Source: Vulcanimicrobiaceae bacterium
GTDB lineage: Bacteria > Vulcanimicrobiota > Vulcanimicrobiia > Vulcanimicrobiales > Vulcanimicrobiaceae
Assembly: GCA_039923715.1 (NCBI GenBank)
Contig: JBDTCF010000026.1
Span: 1-56,253 of the forward strand
Direction: 5' to 3'
DNA: 56,253 nt
Each line of letters begins with the position of its first letter. The first letter of the stretch is position 1. The translations under genes were made by a program, and so were the position numbers. Shown here piece after piece: positions 56,001-56,253 of this stretch. The notes beneath the pieces were generated by a model. That model saw only the letters and a list, made by a program, of their open reading frames with translations, searched no databases and was not told the DNA's origin.

Positions 56001-56253
56001 ACACTGTGTCCGACGACGGCGGCCGGCTCGATGCCGTAGTCTTGCAATACTTTCGCCAAGGCGTACTCAACGGCGAACAGCGCCGGCTGCGCGATCCGGG
56101 TCGCCGTCAAATCGGCCGCCTGGTCGCCGGCAAACAGCAGCGTGCGCAGGTCTCGCCCGAGCAGCGGCTGCAGGATATCGGCGCAAGCATCGAAGCACGT
56201 TCGAAACGTCGTAGCGCGCTCGTAAAGGCCACGTCCCATCCCGAGGTACTGTG
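50015..56253 (-). CDS. hybrid PKS/NRPS, 5'-truncated by the window: AT-ACP-aminotransferase-C-A-T
   Basis: The frame is open to the window edge ([11 protein letters not shown] is the start of an AT domain). GHSVGE/HAFHS, LGFDSL, a class-III aminotransferase block, [24 protein letters not shown]...[15 protein letters not shown] and LGGDSIQ are present. Confidence 0.97.
   Translation of the reverse strand, partial: [2078 protein letters not shown]
50130..50340 (-). other. domain: peptidyl carrier protein (module 1)
   Basis: [14 protein letters not shown], with the Ser codon at 50249-50251. Confidence 0.85.
50390..51870 (-). other. domain: adenylation (module 1; hand-read code D-I-L-Q-I-G-V-I-W, Gly-like)
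   Basis: [40 protein letters not shown] and GKVDR. Positions were assigned by aligning to the GrsA numbering from memory. Confidence 0.8.
51960..53215 (-). other. domain: condensation (module 1)
   Basis: [22 protein letters not shown], and downstream C-domain motifs up to [10 protein letters not shown]. Confidence 0.85.
53280..54610 (-). other. domain: class-III (glutamate-1-semialdehyde aminomutase-like) aminotransferase embedded in the synthetase
   Basis: [55 protein letters not shown] and the PLP-lysine context [14 protein letters not shown]. Confidence 0.85.
54920..55150 (-). other. domain: acyl carrier protein
   Basis: [14 protein letters not shown], with the phosphopantetheine Ser codon at 55040-55042. 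Confidence 0.85.
55241..56253 (-). other. domain: acyltransferase (malonyl-type by the HAFH motif)
   Basis: GMGRGLYE, the active site GHSVGE (Ser codon 56003-56005), SHAFHS and the post-AT linker [11 protein letters not shown]. Confidence 0.9.

Overview
This is a 56.3-kb window from a visibly GC-rich bacterial chromosome. I saw no rRNA, CRISPR array, transposase or integrase. Many genes are translationally coupled through ATGA/GTGA stop-start overlaps.

Positions 1-31.3 kb hold tightly packed core and accessory metabolism:
- the 3' end of sdhB
- an ECF sigma / zinc-binding (ZAS) anti-sigma pair followed by a split transketolase
- a divergent amicyanin-like cupredoxin + metallophosphoesterase pair
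- an ATP-grasp + class-B flavin monooxygenase pair
- a phosphate block (ppx, OmpR-type regulator, PAS histidine kinase, pstSCAB with a candidate Pho box, no phoU)
- tdh-kbl, an MFS transporter, initiator tRNA-fMet and add
- thrC-rhomboid-dinG and acs
- a patatin with a twin-arginine (Tat) export signal
- a decayed AAA ATPase pseudogene behind an intact leaderless-type promoter
- a TlpA redoxin, a LuxR regulator and a methyltransferase

Positions 32.2-56.25 kb form one uninterrupted minus-strand block. It starts with a hybrid PKS/NRPS (AT-ACP-aminotransferase-C-A-T, running off the window edge). Next comes a C-A-T-TE NRPS whose thioesterase carries Cys at the nucleophile position. After a 22-nt gap there are two lower-GC glycosyltransferase-like genes. 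After a further 128-nt gap there is a 13-gene Wzx/Wzy-type polysaccharide locus with no gap longer than 14 nt.

The most interesting signal is this short, iturin-logic beta-amino-acyl-Gly-Val assembly line (specificities read by eye) with a Cys-thioesterase, abutted directly onto an exopolysaccharide export machine. All family calls come from motif reading of the supplied translations, not from database searches.
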